DNA of 64,000 nt, taken from positions 320,001 through 384,000 of the forward strand of contig CAXXUA010000005.1 of assembly GCA_963663765.2 (NCBI GenBank). Reading direction: 5' to 3'. The notes beneath the pieces were generated by a model. The model searched no databases. It saw nothing but the letters and a program-made list of their open reading frames with translations, and was not told the origin of the DNA. Position numbers and translations under genes: made by a program. Shown in pieces: positions 60,376 through 64,000 of this stretch. How positions within the stretch are numbered: position 1 is the first letter of the stretch; each line of letters begins with the position of its first letter. This DNA is from Candidatus Poribacteria bacterium. Its GTDB lineage: Bacteria > Poribacteria > WGA-4E > WGA-3G.

Positions 60376-62808
60376 CTATTCATTATCAGTCTTGTTTGTT
60401 TCCTTCTCATCTTCAGAAGAAGAATCATCTTGTCCTATTCGTAGTTGACGTTCAGCATCTACAACGTCCCGATTTATTTTGCCAATACACCGATTCAGTT
60501 TGTCAACGAGTGCATTGTGTCCTATCATAGCACGACGTATTTGACGAAGTTGGTCAATCACGAGACGGAAAGACCTTACAAAATCTCCTGCGTCCAAATC
60601 CGCGTAGTCAGTCAGTTTATCAAATTCGCAACCCCGACTCCAGTTGAGCATAGCTGAACACAATCGGAATTCCAACAACTGCGTACTCTCCGCAACGTTA
60701 CATTGACTTTCCACAGATTGAATTTCTAAAATTTCGTTCCAAGCTGCATTCAAAATCGTTAATAAACGTTTATTATTTAATTTTTTGAAATAGCCATCTT
60801 TACGCGGTTCAGAAATAATTGCTACCATTAAACAATTAATCTCATTCTCTGACATCTGTTCAAACAACCCCTTATAGAGAAGTTGCGTCAATTGTAATTC
60901 ATAACCATATAGATGCGTTGCGGTTTCACCACGCGGAAGAAGTGTCTGATTCTCAACATAACCGAGTTTTTCAAGGACGTTCAATCGAGCAGTAATCTGA
61001 TTCCGCTGATAATTCCCAATATTTGTCTGTCGCTTTTTTATATTCTGAATATAATGTTCTTTTTTACGGATGGATTGGTATCTATCCGTGCATTGTTCCC
61101 GTTGGTGGCATTCATGACATAGGTGTTTAGAGAGTTCAGTATGAAGTCTATTTAGTCTATAGTAAAGTGGATCCAACTTTTTCTTACGTTCTTTCTTTTT
61201 CGCCTTACTACGACCTATACGAGATTTTAGTTTTGCTAACTCCATCTGCAACCTTTCACGGTTCTTTTCATTTGTTCGCTTGGATCGATGGTAACTTTCA
61301 ATTTGAGTCATGCCATCAATATTGTCGTGAATACAGATAGGAAGGGGTAGTGATTGTAGTTCATTTTCAAACGTTGCAATCTGCTTGTTGTATTCTGCCA
61401 TCTGTGTAAAATTCTGATGGTTGCTCAAACTCATCGTATAGACATCGTAAATGTCTTCACCGTATTTCTCATACAAATTGAGGATACTGGAATATGAGAG
61501 ATTAAATTGACTGGTAATTGGTTCAATTTTGCTGGAGACTACCTTACCAACTTCATCTTGTGTTGCATATCTGGGTTCAACTTTTGCATATACATATCCG
61601 ACAGTATCAATCCCGCGCCGGCCTGCTCTACCCGACATTTGATGATATTCACGAGCTTTTAAATAACGGAAGTTTACACCATCAAACTTTTCAAGACTAT
61701 CAAACACCACAGTACATGCAGGCATATTGATGCCAACAGCAAACGTTTCGGTGGTAAATAGAAGCTGAATTAATCCCGATGTAAATAACCTTTCAACAAC
61801 CTCTTTAAGCGTAGGCAGCATACCCGCATGATGATATGCTATTCCATTGGAAATCAATTGCCGAAAATTTATAATAACCTCCTCTTCATCAATGTCAAAC
61901 TGCATACATAGCGCGTCAAATTTATCTAAAATCTGTTTGCGTTTCTCTGAATCAAGTAAGTTGAGTCCTCCTAAAGAAGCATGATAATGTGCGTTTGCTT
62001 CACAGAACTTACGACTGAAACAGAAAAATAGACACGGTAGTCGTTTCTCTGTGTAGAGGTAGGGGATTAAATCTGTATCTATAATGTCCTTGAGTATCGG
62101 AGATCTGTTTTCTTTTCTATCGTCTTGCTTATCTAATTCTCTTCTGTTTTTCTTTTTCTCCTTATTTCGTCCTTTCTGCTTTGAGATATGTCGAAGTTCC
62201 TTGAGATGATTCAATTTACCTATGCCAAATCCCGGAAAAAAGAGACGATGCTCTAAAGGGACTGGTCGTTCTAATTCTTCAACAACTTTGATGTCAATAT
62301 CACGAATACTTTGCATCCATTCAGCAAACGATGTAATATTTGGAATCGTCGCACTTAGACAAACAAATTTTATATGTTGTGGTGCAAAAATAATACTCTC
62401 TTCCCATACTGTACCACGTTCAATATCGTTGATATAGTGGATTTCGTCAAAAATGACATAAGAAACATCCTGCAGTCTTGCAATGTCGTCAAAAATAGTA
62501 TTTCGGAAAATCTCTGTCGTCATCAACAGAACTTGGGCATAGGGATTTAGAACGACATCCCCAGTTACAATCCCGATTTTATCTCCATATTCGGATTGAA
62601 AATCTCTGTATTTTTGATTACTCAGAGCTTTTATAGGCGCTGTATAGATGACACGCTTATTCGTCTGAAGGCATTTTTCAACCGCATATTCTGCAATAAC
62701 GGTTTTTCCTGAACCTGTCGGAGCAGTTACAATCACCGAATGCTCATGATTTATGGCTTCAATTGCTTCCTCTTGAAATCTATCCAACGTAAAACTTTTA
62801 TATTGCAT
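60376..62808 (-). CDS. Ski2/HelY-like DExH RNA helicase
   Basis: APTGSGKT; PIKALSNQKY; DEIH; SAT; HHAGMLP; QMSGRAGRRG; DSHCT-like C-terminus. Confidence 0.93.
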   Translation of the reverse strand: MQYKSFTLDRFQEEAIEAINHEHSVIVTAPTGSGKTVIAEYAVEKCLQTNKRVIYTAPIKALSNQKYRDFQSEYGDKIGIVTGDVVLNPYAQVLLMTTEIFRNTIFDDIARLQDVSYVIFDEIHYINDIERGTVWEESIIFAPQHIKFVCLSATIPNITSFAEWMQSIRDIDIKVVEELERPVPLEHRLFFPGFGIGKLNHLKELRHISKQKGRNKEKKKNRRELDKQDDRKENRSPILKDIIDTDLIPYLYTEKRLPCLFFCFSRKFCEANAHYHASLGGLNLLDSEKRKQILDKFDALCMQFDIDEEEVIINFRQLISNGIAYHHAGMLPTLKEVVERLFTSGLIQLLFTTETFAVGINMPACTVVFDSLEKFDGVNFRYLKAREYHQMSGRAGRRGIDTVGYVYAKVEPRYATQDEVGKVVSSKIEPITSQFNLSYSSILNLYEKYGEDIYDVYTMSLSNHQNFTQMAEYNKQIATFENELQSLPLPICIHDNIDGMTQIESYHRSKRTNEKNRERLQMELAKLKSRIGRSKAKKKERKKKLDPLYYRLNRLHTELSKHLCHECHQREQCTDRYQSIRKKEHYIQNIKKRQTNIGNYQRNQITARLNVLEKLGYVENQTLLPRGETATHLYGYELQLTQLLYKGLFEQMSENEINCLMVAIISEPRKDGYFKKLNNKRLLTILNAAWNEILEIQSVESQCNVAESTQLLEFRLCSAMLNWSRGCEFDKLTDYADLDAGDFVRSFRLVIDQLRQIRRAMIGHNALVDKLNRCIGKINRDVVDAERQLRIGQDDSSSEDEKETNKTDNE

Positions 62809-62841
62809 CTATTTCCCTTATATCAATTACATCATATAAAT

Positions 62842-62870
62842 AGTATAACGAATCACTATACTTATGTCAA
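62842..62870 (-). promoter_or_regulatory. sigma70 promoter of the helicase
   Basis: TTGACA-17bp-TATACT. Confidence 0.7.
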
Positions 62871-62939
62871 GGGGTGTGTATATTTATTCCAGGGTTATTC
62901 AGTTTTCCTAATTTTTGGATTTTCATAATAAACTCTGCA

Positions 62940-63047
62940 GTAGGAGGGACCAGGAGAACGCCAAAAGGCATTCATACCCGGGGAATGCCAAAAGGCATTC
63001 ATACCGTTCATTACTTGATTGCTTGATTTGGTGCTTGTAAGCGCGCT
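62940..63047. repeat. Dispersed composite repeat, copy 2
   Basis: GTAGG..GAACGCCAAAAGGCATTCATACCCGGGGAATGCCAAAAGGCATTCATACCGTT..TTGATTTGGTG..AAGCGCGCT. Confidence 0.8.
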
Positions 63048-63155
63048 GATATGTCTAAACTCCACAGCGCGCTTACAAAGCACGTCTACCATTAGGTTTC
63101 ATTTAAAAATCCAAACATAAAATAACTAAATTAACCTGCCAAATCTATTATTTTC

Positions 63156-63184
63156 TTGACAAAAGATTTAGAATAATATATAAT
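63156..63184 (+). promoter_or_regulatory. Consensus sigma70 promoter of the STAS genes
   Basis: TTGACA-17bp-TATAAT, exact. Confidence 0.8.
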
Positions 63185-63240
63185 TCAACTGAAAGAGTGA
63201 AGATCCCAAACAATAAATAAAGACTAAAGGGAGAAAAATA

Positions 63241-63588
63241 ATGGCAACAACGGTTCGCTATAGAGATGGCGTAACAATCTTGGAACCATCAGGTAAAATT
63301 ATGGGAACTGGTGTAACCGAGCTGAGAGAGGTAATTACAGCGGAAATAGATGCCTCTGATAAGCCAAGAATATTGATCGATTTTGATAAGGTCAACATTA
63401 TGGATAGTTCCGGGCTTGGCACACTCATGGGGGCACATGTTACAATCACTCGGCAAGGTGGTAGAGTTGGTGTAATCAATGTGGGCAAAAATATCAAGAA
63501 CTTGATTGTACGTAGCCGATTGGCAAGTATTTTTGAACACTTCACATCTGAAGATGAAGCAGTTTCAACGTTAGGCAGCGAATCCTAA
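63241..63588 (+). CDS. STAS-domain anti-sigma factor antagonist
   Basis: LIDFDKVNIMDSSGLGTL. Confidence 0.92.
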   Translation: MATTVRYRDGVTILEPSGKIMGTGVTELREVITAEIDASDKPRILIDFDKVNIMDSSGLGTLMGAHVTITRQGGRVGVINVGKNIKNLIVRSRLASIFEHFTSEDEAVSTLGSES

Positions 63589-63631
63589 CTTATGTTTTTT
63601 TAGTCTTGCAGCAACTTGGAGGCTGCAAAAA

Positions 63632-63997
63632 ATGACAATCACGTTATCAGAACGAGACGGTGTACACATTTTTAAACTTGATGGTAGAATCATCGCACCC
63701 GATGTTCAAGAATTAAATGACACCGTACAAAAAACATTAGATCAGATAGAAGGGACACCGAGACTCGTTTTTGATTTCAAAGACGTTACAGGTATGGATA
63801 GCTCGGGTTTAGGCGTACTCATGAAGTTCTATGCCGATATACATCCACGCGGCGGCACAATTGCTGTAATAAATGTCAACAAACACGTCAAAAACCTAAT
63901 TGTCATGGCAAGACTCATCACGGTTTTTCGGAACTTTGAGAGTGAAGAAGAAGCTGTTTGGTCACTATTAAATCCCCCATCCGAAACCCCACAATAG
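63632..63997 (+). CDS. STAS-domain anti-sigma factor antagonist (paralog)
   Basis: VFDFKDVTGMDSSGLGVL. Confidence 0.92.
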   Translation: MTITLSERDGVHIFKLDGRIIAPDVQELNDTVQKTLDQIEGTPRLVFDFKDVTGMDSSGLGVLMKFYADIHPRGGTIAVINVNKHVKNLIVMARLITVFRNFESEEEAVWSLLNPPSETPQ

Positions 63998-64000
63998 TCC

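Noticed and set aside
62895-63092. 65-aa ORF with repeated GMNAFW
   Set aside because: It is a translation of the palindromic DNA repeat.

Overview
AT-rich (about 40% GC by eye) bacterial chromosomal window. It is probably from Candidatus Poribacteria; this is inferred from a secreted protein ending ..KLTTTWGKLK and from abundant GTAG-type palindromic repeats. Left part: mutS 5' end, a lipoprotein/FadL-like pair, and the str-S10-spc-alpha ribosomal superoperon, which lacks rpmD, adk and map and has infA elsewhere in the window. Middle part: a dut-thyA-(two paralogous lipoproteins)-folA-ThuA-nagA run, tRNA-Arg(CCG), and a dead antitoxin/PIN-toxin module. That module carries an IS605-type element (intact tnpB; tnpA split by a nested ISAs1 element with a 9-bp TSD) and a 259-bp MITE. 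Right part: a candidate four-hairpin sRNA after infA, and a moaA-suf Fe-S operon interleaved with TA modules and nucleases. It ends with TrpF-like, cupin and oxidoreductase genes, HEAT/PDZ lipoproteins, a HelY/Ski2-like helicase and tandem STAS proteins. The strongest observations are natural substitutions at fidelity/antibiotic positions in S12 (K42N, P90S, G91N) and S5 (G28R), a TnpB insertion whose TAM and guide can be predicted, repeated toxin inactivation by in-frame TGA, and a nested family of small palindromic repeats.
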